A DNA stretch of 63,830 nucleotides, counting the filler, from Reclinomonas americana ATCC 50394 (lineage: Eukaryota): assembly GCA_048213135.1 (NCBI GenBank). It is 21 parts of 21 records of this genome, joined end to end, with 100 filler letters (N's around TTAATTAATTAA, not from the genome) between each part and the next. Parts side by side here need not be neighbours in the genome. Positions count along the whole stretch, not along the records: positions 31,311 to 41,858 come from AFZH01022281.1; 20 more parts are not named here. One strand, written 5' to 3'. Each line of letters begins with the position of its first letter. Within the stretch, counting starts at the first letter, position 1. The translations under genes and the position numbers were made by a program. Under the pieces are notes generated by a model. The model saw only the letters and a list, made by a program, of their open reading frames with translations. It was not told the DNA's origin and searched no databases. Below, one piece after another: positions 31,311-40,198 of this stretch.

Positions 31311-32751
31311 ATACCGGGTCGACCGCTCGTCGAGAATGAGAACGGACAGGGGGTCGACAGCGTCCGTTGAGGCGCTTTCGTTGCGGTCGACGTCGTCGGT
31401 GCGCTGGCGCGTCGAAGACCGGCGCCGAGATAGCGGACTGCGCTTCGCGCTCGGCGCGAGCTGCGTTATCGAGTTCACGCCACAAGTTCATTACACGCAC
31501 CTGTGCGATGTGCGTTGCTGGCAGCCTGTCGATGACGTCGCCGATTGCTGCACGTTCCGCACGGGCTCGCTCGGCGATCCACTGATCGAGCTTTTCTTCC
31601 TCTTGCCGCAGTTCACGCTCCGCCGTCGCAAGCTCACCCATGCGACGCATGGCTGCCTCGAGATCGTCGGATGTTGGGACGTCGACGGGCTTTGGTGCGA
31701 GAGTGGCTCGTCTTGCAGGGCGATCGGGCCGCTTTTGCCCGCGGCGGTTCAGATTGATCGAGTGCGTCACGTTGGAGAAGTCATAGTGACTGCCGAGACT
31801 CGCGCCACGGACAGCCGTCGGCATGCTTTGCAGCTGATAGCTGAGGCGACTATCCGGCTCGCCTGCATCTGTTCTACTGCGCGTTGTGACCTCCACGCCA
31901 AGCTCCGCCATGACACCGATCCACGAATTCAGATCGACCGCGCGCGCGTCGTCCATCCCGGTTTCGACCGCATCGCGGACGATGTCGTGATTGGAACGCT
32001 TTCCACGTGCAGTCATGCGTCGATCTCGCTGATTTCGGGTTTCGCGCTTCGAGTCGGAGACAGACGGGAGCTGCTGCGGCCGCAGGCCGTACGAAGCCCC
32101 GTGCTCCAGGAGGAATCGATCGGCTCGTTCGCGCATCTTGTCGATGTTCGTGAGGTCACCAGCAAGCTTCTTGCCTGCTCGGTGCGCGCGGCCGCCGACA
32201 GTCATGTCGGCATAAAGAGTCGCATTCCGCGTTGTGTGCACGTGGAACATCCCACCGAGCCCTTCGGCTTGGCCCACGAAGGTTGCCTGCTCGCCCGGAT
32301 ACAACGCTCGATGGCGGGCGACGACGAATTGAAAAGCGTGAGTCACTTGCGTTGGGTCCTTCGGGTTGACCTCGTCGAGAGCGAAGGACGTTATCCAATG
32401 ATGAGCTTCCGCTTGCCGCACGCGCGCGCCGGGATGGCGAATGTGCGTTGCTGCCTCGCCCGGTTCCGGTTCCGCCCAATAGCCTCGTCCGTTCGGTCGC
32501 CGCCGTCTCACGTGCGTTGCAAACTCCCCGGGCTCGGGAAGCTTGTAGATCGATCGCGACGTTCGGACCGCGCCTTGCTTGTTGTGTCGACGGCGTGTGG
32601 CGGCGAACTCCTGTTCTGCTGTCTCCGGTCGGCAGTGCTGGCCGGAGATATGCAGCACTCTTTCCTTCACCGTTTGACCGGCTTTCGGAGTCACCGTGTA
32701 TCGAAGTAGGCGTGCAGCGACAGCCGTTGTGCCGACGTACTCGATGGGCAT
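31311..32751 (-). CDS. Relaxase/mobilization nuclease (MOBP-like)
   Basis: N-terminal LLRY, AHHWITSF (motif II), GGMFHVH (motif III), RGASLGSHY; coupled to the upstream mobC-like gene. Confidence 0.75.
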
Positions 32752-33527
32752 CAGAAGACTGCAGCGACTCTGTTGGCGAGCTTTGCATCGTTTTGCGCCT
32801 GGCGTGACATCGCGGCCGACATCTCGGTCAGCCGACGCTCGATAGCGCGCAGCGCGTCAGTGTCCACGGCGACACCGGCGGAAGCGAGTTTCACCAGCAG
32901 GCTCCAGTCGTTTCCGATCTTCTGTAGCTCCAGTGTCTGATCGGCGTATCGACGCGCGACGCTATCCAACGCTTCCCGGACTTCGTTCGCCAAGCCGGGA
33001 TCGACCTCAATCGTGACCGGTCGGCGAGACGCAAGACGCTTTCCTAGAGTTCGCTCGACCGCTTCCAGTGATGGGGAGTCGGACAGAGCTGCAGCCACGA
33101 TCTCCACGGCCTGACGCACTGCGTCTGAACGACTGCCACCGAGATGACGGCGCACTTCAGACAAAGCGGCAAGCTCCTCCTGGCGCATGCGCACCGCGAC
33201 AACCTCTTGCCCTACCGCCTTCGAAGCGTGAGCGCTGATGCCGGTCGCGTCGCGAGTGTTTGAGTCACTCGCTGGCAAGGCCGCAGACTTCTTCCCGCGT
33301 GTCCCGCGAGGTTCGGTGCCTGGACGCGCTCTTACTTCCCGTTCATTGCTCAACGTCAGCTCCAGTCTGCGAGGAGGGCGCAACTCGAACGCTGATTCAG
33401 CAAGCTTCGCCCGAGGTACCAGCCTACATGCAAGCAATCCGACCGTATACAGACCTCGCGGCCGGACTCGATAGGGCCGATTTTTGATGTGCGCTATCGA
33501 GATCGTGTGTCGCCTGACGTGGAGCAC
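32751..33527 (-). CDS. MobC-like relaxosome accessory protein (true start probably well downstream of 33527)
   Basis: RHH-like VAVRMRQEEL..SRSDAVRQA and ELQKIGND; stop overlaps the relaxase ATG. Confidence 0.6.
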   Translation of the reverse strand: MLHVRRHTISIAHIKNRPYRVRPRGLYTVGLLACRLVPRAKLAESAFELRPPRRLELTLSNEREVRARPGTEPRGTRGKKSAALPASDSNTRDATGISAHASKAVGQEVVAVRMRQEELAALSEVRRHLGGSRSDAVRQAVEIVAAALSDSPSLEAVERTLGKRLASRRPVTIEVDPGLANEVREALDSVARRYADQTLELQKIGNDWSLLVKLASAGVAVDTDALRAIERRLTEMSAAMSRQAQNDAKLANRVAAVF

Positions 33528-34091
33528 CGGTGGTGGCCTTTGAGTGAACTCATTCGGGATGTTGGAACGAGATGCTCTCGCGTAAAGCGCCGCCCGTGGC
33601 GATGCACGTCGCGACCGTGCATGTCGAGACGATGTGGGCCTGTCTCAACCATCCGCCCACGCGCAGCGCCCCGACCATTCTTGTCGGAATCGCGGTGAGC
33701 GGACACTGGGTGACACGCTGCAGGGCTACTACGGATGCCTCCCGCCACCTCTGTCGTGACACTTCCTTGGTCGGCGAGCCTGCTCTGGCCGATACGGATC
33801 TCGACGGGGAAGAGAGGAGGCGGTACTGCCGTCCCGCGCGATGCGGATACCGCTTCAGCAAAGTCGAATGCGGCGATACAGTCGGCTCGTCTGGAGACGC
33901 GTTCGGCTGCGCGGCCACCTCTGAACCTCTATCTCTGAAGAGAACGTGGGAGCAGTGCGCGTGGGCTGAACGCCACGCGCACTCGAAGAGATTGCTGGTG
34001 AGCGACCCGCGACCACAGGCGTCGTCGGCGTTGTTGCGCGGTACACGTGCATGGCGTCCGCACGACAGCCCTAGGCCATGCACGTGACGGC

Positions 34092-36566
34092 CTAGGCCGT
34101 ACCGCCGGTGGTCTTCTTCAGACGGTCCGCGAGGTGTCCGGGACGGAGCTTGTGACCTTCGAGGAGTCGGTCGATCTCGTTCGCGTCATGCCATCCGGTG
34201 GAGGCAAGGCCTTCACTAAACCCACGCACGTCGTGGATAAGCTGACCGAGCACCTGAGCGTCGATAATGCGCATCCCGGCGGGGGCGGTGGCGTCCTTAT
34301 AAAGCCTCCGGGAATGGTGGACCATCACCGGAGTGGCGACGTCCGTGGGGGAGTAGTGCTGTCCAAACCAAAGCATTGACTGCGCCAACTGTCCGGCGTC
34401 CCGTTTCGCGATGAACTCGCTGACAGCACCGCTCTTATCCTCAACTACCCAAAAGACGCCCGTGTCCAACATCCATAGATTGTCGGGGCCAGCGCCCAGT
34501 TCGCGTTCTGGTCGTTGTGAGTTCCAACCGAGGAAGTGCCCGAGCTCGAACATCGCCTCCTCGAACTCTTCCGTCGTGTCGGGGTCGAACGTGAGCGCGT
34601 CCAGAATGCTCTCTACACCCACCCGCATCGTCGCCGGCGTCCCATACTTCGGGGTCAACCGGTTGGCGATGGTGTCGGCCTGAGACCCGGCATAGGTCAA
34701 CGGCGTGTAGGTGACACCCGCCAACGGCTTGAGTACGTAGAAGTTTTTCCTGCGGGCTTCGGCGAGCATCGTCTGAGCGCGGGCGGGATCCACCTGGTCG
34801 ATGTACGCCGCGGCCTGCTCGAGCAATGCCCCCGCACGTCGGTCATCGGAGGTGGCGGAGGCGGCGTCATGGAGCAGCTGGCATGCTGCGGTGAGGTCAC
34901 CTCGGGTCGCTGCGTCAAACGCTTCCCTCTCTGCGACGGTGGACAGGTCCACGCGGGCGGGCTCGGGGACGAGCTTCCGCAGCGCGGACTTCGCGTATTT
35001 CACCCATCCTGGCTCTCGGGTAAGAGCGTCGTTCACCGTCTCGAGGATCTTCTCTAGCGGGGTGTTGTCGAGCCGTTTCGCCACCCGACGGGACGCCTGC
35101 AACTGAGCCCGGGTAGCGGGGCCAAAGCGGGACAACGTCTGCGGGTCAATCGTCAACCGCGCCAAGCGCCTGCCGAGAAGAAACACCACGCAGTGATCCT
35201 CGTTACTGCGTACACCTCGCCCCATCCCCTGTTCCAGCCGTTGCACCTGCCGGTCATCGATGGCAGCGACAGACGAGCTCATCAGCGCGTCCAATCGTTC
35301 GTCGCCGCTGAACGCTTGCGGGAGTCCATCCAATACCAGGATCCGACACGCGTCCTGAGGAAGGTCGATACCGTCGTACTTATTCGCGACCACAACCAGC
35401 CCGACGATGCTTCCCTTCATCTTCGGGATGAACTTCTCTAGGTCCGCGGCGGTCAGTTTGTGAGCTGTGTTCGGCCACGCGTCCATCGCCCGATTGCTGG
35501 GCACGATGACCAACGTGTTGTGAGTGCGGCTGAGTTCAACAACCGCGTCGCGCACGCTCTGCGCCTGAATGGACTCGTTGATTTCTTGCGGTGCGAGAAT
35601 CAGACGCTCCCCGATATCGCCGGCGGAGATCGGGTGGATGGGGGCGCCGACGAAACCGGGGTCGGCACCGAACTCGGATACGAGGACGCTGTCATCCGCG
35701 AGCGTCGCCGTGAGGAACACGCGATGCTCCGCTTCCGCGAAGCTGACCACTCGGCGTACCGGCGGGCACGGGGGCGTGATTGTCACAGCGGACCGCGTGA
35801 ACACTACCCTGCACAGCGGCAGGACATCACGGATGGCATCGTAGGAGAAGTCCAGTGGGTTCGCCGGTGTGTATGCGCGCAACGCTGCACGAAGGTCGTC
35901 GATCTTGCTGCGCACGGACCAGAACGGCACACGTGCGAATGCACTGCCACGATCATCCTTGATATCCAGAAGGATGTCCGCGGACTGCGTCGCCAACTCG
36001 ACGTCGAACAAGGCGAGCAGCACACCGTATGCATCGTTACTGCGTGGGATGGTCACAGAGAACTGCGAACGGACGGTGGCCAAGGCGGCGTGCGCGTCAT
36101 CGATGACGACGGCACCGATGGGGATGCGGTGCCCCGGGTCTCGCGACTCTGAGAAGATCGAGTGACCGTTGAACAGCTTCGCGGCATTGACGACGCCGAT
36201 AGCCTCGCCGGCTAGGTACGCCGCAGACTGTGGATCGGTTGTCACCTCGATCCCGAGGCGGGCTGCTTCGGCGGCGACCTGTGAGGCAAGGTACTTGTCC
36301 GGGGCGACGTACAGCGCGGGGAGCACACCATCGTTTAGGTAGCTCCGCAATATGACGAGACCGTCGATGGTCTTCCCACCGCCCGTATTGACCTTGATGA
36401 CGATGTCCTGATCACCGCGCTGCGCGTCCCAAGCGGTGAGGACTTGCGCCTGCACATCCCGCAAGTACCCGTACCCGGGAACTTTCGACGGCAACTGCTC
36501 GTACAATTCCCGTGGCTCCGTCTCCCTGCCGTCCTCAGCCTCACGAATCAGCTCGTCGTAGTCCAT
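34092..36566 (-). CDS. SF2 (DinG/Rad3-like) helicase with C-terminal PD-(D/E)xK nuclease; Hna-like defence protein
   Basis: YLRDVQ, NTGGGKT, DDAH, TAT, YDGIDL, QGMGRGVR, GPDNLW..VEDK. Confidence 0.8.
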   Translation of the reverse strand: MDYDELIREAEDGRETEPRELYEQLPSKVPGYGYLRDVQAQVLTAWDAQRGDQDIVIKVNTGGGKTIDGLVILRSYLNDGVLPALYVAPDKYLASQVAAEAARLGIEVTTDPQSAAYLAGEAIGVVNAAKLFNGHSIFSESRDPGHRIPIGAVVIDDAHAALATVRSQFSVTIPRSNDAYGVLLALFDVELATQSADILLDIKDDRGSAFARVPFWSVRSKIDDLRAALRAYTPANPLDFSYDAIRDVLPLCRVVFTRSAVTITPPCPPVRRVVSFAEAEHRVFLTATLADDSVLVSEFGADPGFVGAPIHPISAGDIGERLILAPQEINESIQAQSVRDAVVELSRTHNTLVIVPSNRAMDAWPNTAHKLTAADLEKFIPKMKGSIVGLVVVANKYDGIDLPQDACRILVLDGLPQAFSGDERLDALMSSSVAAIDDRQVQRLEQGMGRGVRSNEDHCVVFLLGRRLARLTIDPQTLSRFGPATRAQLQASRRVAKRLDNTPLEKILETVNDALTREPGWVKYAKSALRKLVPEPARVDLSTVAEREAFDAATRGDLTAACQLLHDAASATSDDRRAGALLEQAAAYIDQVDPARAQTMLAEARRKNFYVLKPLAGVTYTPLTYAGSQADTIANRLTPKYGTPATMRVGVESILDALTFDPDTTEEFEEAMFELGHFLGWNSQRPERELGAGPDNLWMLDTGVFWVVEDKSGAVSEFIAKRDAGQLAQSMLWFGQHYSPTDVATPVMVHHSRRLYKDATAPAGMRIIDAQVLGQLIHDVRGFSEGLASTGWHDANEIDRLLEGHKLRPGHLADRLKKTTGGTA

Positions 36567-36778
36567 GGCCCCTCCGCCCGTCCCGCAGCTTGTGCTGCGT
36601 CGCTATCTCATGCCGTGGGCCCGCGCAGGTGCGAAGGCCCAGCGGTTCACCACGGTCGCGCGCGGCGAGTGGTGGCGGCCGCCGCATCACCGTTCTCCCT
36701 GAATAGAGTGCAGACCGTGCCCAGCTCGGTCGTCACGGAGCGCGTATGAGAGCGAGTACAACCAAGCTCGCTCCTTCG

Positions 36779-37030
36779 TCAGCGTGTGTCCTTGCGGGGC
36801 GACTCGTTATTGCGGCCGGAGTCAGAGTCACGGAATTTTCCATCACTGCCCTGAATGCGGATATCTCCGCGGCCCCCGCCACTCTTATTGACGATCTCTC
36901 GCGCCCGATCAATGGCTTCCTTCTGCGTGTCGAAATGACCTGAGGAGCGTTGCGCGTCTTCCTTCTTCACGTCCCAGCCTCCCCGATCGTCGTTGGGTAC
37001 CACGTACCGATCTTCATCGTTCTTCGACAT
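36779..37030 (-). CDS. DUF2188 family protein (in-frame upstream ATG at 37105 would add a 25-aa peptide)
   Basis: YVVPN..GWDVK..FDTQKEAIDRAR..IRIQGSDGKFRD. Confidence 0.85.
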   Translation of the reverse strand: MSKNDEDRYVVPNDDRGGWDVKKEDAQRSSGHFDTQKEAIDRAREIVNKSGGGRGDIRIQGSDGKFRDSDSGRNNESPRKDTR

Positions 37031-37094
37031 GCGCTTTCCCTTCTTGTAGACCTTCTTCTTCCACTCGTTCGGTTCATCGGCCGGTGCAGGCTTC

Positions 37095-37613
37095 TCACTC
37101 GGCATGATCAGCACTGCTCTCGGTGCTTGAAGGGGTGGGGGGCAGGTGCTCCACCACCTGTTCACCCATAGAGCCGAGGAGGGCGATGACGATACTTAGC
37201 GCAAGGAAAATGAAGCCCACTCGGGTGACCCATCCGCGAATGCCGAGCCATTTCTCGTCCGCCTCGAGTATCTCGAGCTTTGTATCAAGCAGCTTGTACT
37301 TCGCGACTGCCGGCTCCATGTCGAGCACATGAGTTCGGATGGGTCGCAGATCCAGCGCGTCCCCTCTACGGGGGAAGACGACAATCACCCCTGCGACCGC
37401 AGCGAGGAAGCTCAGAACCAGGTTCAAGTTGATCGACCATGATGGGCCGTCGGCCTGAAGCGCGCCTATGATTCCGGCTGCGCCGATCAGGATGGTCGCG
37501 CGTTGTTCCATGGCGTTTGCACGCTGGCCCTGGGCCGCCACTTCGCGGTCGAGTTCGTCCGCAACAAGCTGAAGTTGCTCATCGCGACCGTCGAGGTCCG
37601 GTTGCTCGTCCAT
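37095..37613 (-). CDS. Small membrane protein with about 3 hydrophobic segments
   Basis: ATILIGAAGIIG, LVLSFLAAVAGVIVVFP, VGFIFLALSIVIALL; TAATG coupling to the upstream ORF. Confidence 0.7.
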   Translation of the reverse strand: MDEQPDLDGRDEQLQLVADELDREVAAQGQRANAMEQRATILIGAAGIIGALQADGPSWSINLNLVLSFLAAVAGVIVVFPRRGDALDLRPIRTHVLDMEPAVAKYKLLDTKLEILEADEKWLGIRGWVTRVGFIFLALSIVIALLGSMGEQVVEHLPPTPSSTESSADHAE

Positions 37614-37759
37614 TACTGCTCTGCGGGAGGACGGGGTCGCTCTGGCTTGGTCGGGGGCTTTTTGTTCCCAAATTTGCCGTTGTCTTGGGGAGGTTGCTTG
37701 CCCTTGTATACCGGCTTCTTCCACGCCTCATTTGGGCTGTCTGGGGTGGGCTTCGCCAT
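37613..37759 (-). CDS. 48-aa Pro/Lys-rich peptide
   Basis: GGGAG RBS, ATG, stop overlapping the next start; motif shared with the peptide at 37031-37105. Confidence 0.6.
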   Translation of the reverse strand: MAKPTPDSPNEAWKKPVYKGKQPPQDNGKFGNKKPPTKPERPRPPAEQ

Positions 37760-38145
37760 CGGAACTCCCTTGTTTGAAGTGAGTGTATCGCTCGCCGCTC
37801 CGTTGTCGAAGAATCGGGAGCGGGACACTGCTGTTTGGGCGTCCGTTGGCGAACCCGATCAATTCGCCGCTGCTGCGAACGTGACGATTGAGCTAGAGCC
37901 CTCCGACTCGGCTGCCAGACCTTTTCAGGGAAGGCTTGAGGACCGCCGTCCTCGCCGACACCGACCCGTAAGTTCGCGGTAGGGAACCGCATCGAGCGGC
38001 CTTGGCGCTCTTGACAGCGCCTGACGGCGAGGGGACACGTGACTCAACCGAGCTCATGTCGGATGTCGCCTGCAATCGCGCGCCCGGATTTCCGATGGCG
38101 GCATCCTCCCACCGACCTTCACTCAAGCGTAGCAAGCCAGTCGGA

Positions 38146-38481
38146 TCAGAATGCCGCCGCATCAGTGGGTGTCTCCAGCACTGAGGCCTCCGGTTCGTGC
38201 ACGAGATAAAGTCCGCTGCGGGCGTACGCCGTGTAGACGAGCGCGGCGATCCAGGACCGATGGATCGTAAACTCGTCACTACCGCGGTACTTGAGGACCA
38301 AGCTGGAATCGGCGTGTATCCACATCGTCGTGCGGCCCCCTCCGATGCTCGGGTCCTCCCTATAACTGAAGTCGAATTGCTCGCCTCGTCGTCACTTCGC
38401 CGTGATGGCAAGCTGCAGATGTTGCAGCGCTCTGTCCTCAACTTCAGTAGAAAAGTTGCTCTCGTAAACCAGCTTGCCCAC
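38146..38481 (-). pseudogene. Small conserved Microbacteriaceae-type protein interrupted by an in-frame TGA at 38392-38394
   Basis: Manual translation MGKLVYE..EVEDRALQHLQLAITAK*RRGEQF..GGGRTTMWIH..WIAAL..SGLYLVHEP; family recognised from memory. Confidence 0.65.
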
Positions 38482-38890
38482 CTCGGGGCTTCGCTTCACC
38501 GCATCGGCTTCGCTGGGTCTCCACCGGCTTCCGTTTAAGGGCCTAGGGCAACGTACCACCGAGGCTTGCGCAGGCCCGCCTGCACCGTAAGGGCCAAGCG
38601 TGGGCGGCTCGAAGTCAACGCCACTGATGAGGGCGGTCCCGACAGTTCTGGGGAACCCTCCGGGGACCACCCCCCCCGGTTTTGCCGGGGACATCACCTG
38701 CCCGAAGACCGCGCTTCCTGCGAGCTAGGCTCAACCTAGCCCCGAGGACGCCTAGCCTGCCAATCCCCCTTGGGATGTTCGAGCCAGTGGCTGACTGAGT
38801 GTTCGGAGCGGGGCACCCGGCCTTTTGCCTGCTGAACGAGTAGGCGAGGGTCCTGGGCATCGATAAGAGCTCAGAACCCCTTCGTCTCGC

Positions 38891-39199
38891 CTACGATGAG
38901 GGCCGTGTGAATACCCCATTCAGGCGTTCTCGCAGAAGAGCAATCCTCTCGGATTCATCAAAGTCTCCGTCTATCGCCGAGACACTGAGCCTCCGGTACA
39001 GATGCTCGATTACGTCGTCGCGATTCTGACTGCGCCGAGCCTCGAGTCGCTCCTTCAGGCTCTGCGCTCGTCGAGCCGCCTCAAGGTAGCGCTCCTTTTC
39101 CGACTTGACCTGTCTGCGCTTCGCCGGTTCTGGTCCCGCCACCGCGGGTGTTGGGGTCAGGCCGTCTGATGGGGTCTGCGCCTGCTCCCACGGATTCAT
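38891..39199 (-). CDS. Hypothetical coiled-coil protein
   Basis: GAGGAG RBS; co-oriented with the xis-like gene. Confidence 0.55.
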   Translation of the reverse strand: MNPWEQAQTPSDGLTPTPAVAGPEPAKRRQVKSEKERYLEAARRAQSLKERLEARRSQNRDDVIEHLYRRLSVSAIDGDFDESERIALLRERLNGVFTRPSS

Positions 39200-39337
39200 G
39201 CGCTCATCTCCTCAGTGGTGCTGACGTGCTGTTGAGCAAGGAGCCAGGCATCGACGTTTCGCGGAATACAGCGTGGCGCTCGGGCTTCGAGAGGCGAGCT
39301 GTCGCGGGCGAGACGACTCTTTGTTATCACCACGATC

Positions 39338-39637
39338 TCACTCACCACCCAGGGCGGTCGCGAAGACAGCGAGAATCAGAGAGCGCTGCTCGGGACGGAA
39401 CGGCGGCGCCTTGGCGACCATTCGCTCTACCCAGTCCTCCAAACTGGAGTTTGACACGCTGACAGGCTGCGGAGCAGCAAAAGTGTCTAGGTCATCAGGC
39501 GTAACGAAGAGGCGGCCTTTGATCTTGACTGCGGCTAGGCCGCCTGCCTTGATATGCCGGCGAAGTGTGGACAGGCCGTAGCCGCTGCGCTCCGCGGCTT
39601 CAGCGATTTCGATGAGGTTTGATGTCGCGATTGACAT
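39338..39637 (-). CDS. Excisionase-like HTH protein / candidate recombination directionality factor
   Basis: IAEAAERSGYGLSTLRRHIKAGGLAAVKI.GRLFV; near the recombinase. Confidence 0.75.
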   Translation of the reverse strand: MSIATSNLIEIAEAAERSGYGLSTLRRHIKAGGLAAVKIKGRLFVTPDDLDTFAAPQPVSVSNSSLEDWVERMVAKAPPFRPEQRSLILAVFATALGGE

Positions 39638-39707
39638 TCAATGCTCCTATGGGAAGAGGAGCACAACGTTCGATTCTTTGTCTGGAGCTCGTATGTTCTG
39701 GATCAGT

Positions 39708-39814
39708 CGTCAGCCAAACGGTCTGGTCCGCACCCTCGGGAGGGTCTTATGAGTGTTGTGAAGTTGTGGGCTCATTTTTCTGTACCAGGCGTCAGCCAAA
39801 CGTTCTGGTCCGCA
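39708..39814. repeat. 25-bp direct repeat CGTCAGCCAAACG(G/T)TCTGGTCCGCA x2 (39708-39732, 39790-39814)
   Basis: 24/25 identical; upstream of the xis-like gene. Confidence 0.85.
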
Positions 39815-40198
39815 TCTTGTTGTGCACTCGGGGATGACCAAGCTTGATCACTATATAGATCACCACTGACATCGCTGGGGCACGTGCGATCACGAGTGAT
39901 GACCGCAGGTCAGTTCTCCCGTGGGAGACTCCGTCGTGGCTGGAGATGTCGCCTCGAAGGACTGCCGGCTAGGGTAGTGGCTGGCGAAGAACATAACGGC
40001 GCCACAGGTGTCTAGGCCACTCCGACGCGGGAGCTAGGTCCGACGATCGGATCCCGTTCCCGCACCACTCAGCGGCCGTGGTGCTACATTCCGGAGCTTT
40101 TGTCAAGATCGCGACACCCTTCCGCGAGCCGCCGTTCCGGCGCCGAGATAATGCAGAGCCCCTCATCGCGCTACCGGGAATGAGCCCACCGAGCGGTG

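Noticed and set aside
33500..34090. Overlapping ORFs between mobC and the helicase
   Set aside because: No motifs or convincing RBS
38622..38662. Hammerhead ribozyme (CTGATGA-GGGCGGTCCC-GACA)
   Set aside because: GACA instead of the conserved GAAA, and no properly placed UH cleavage site
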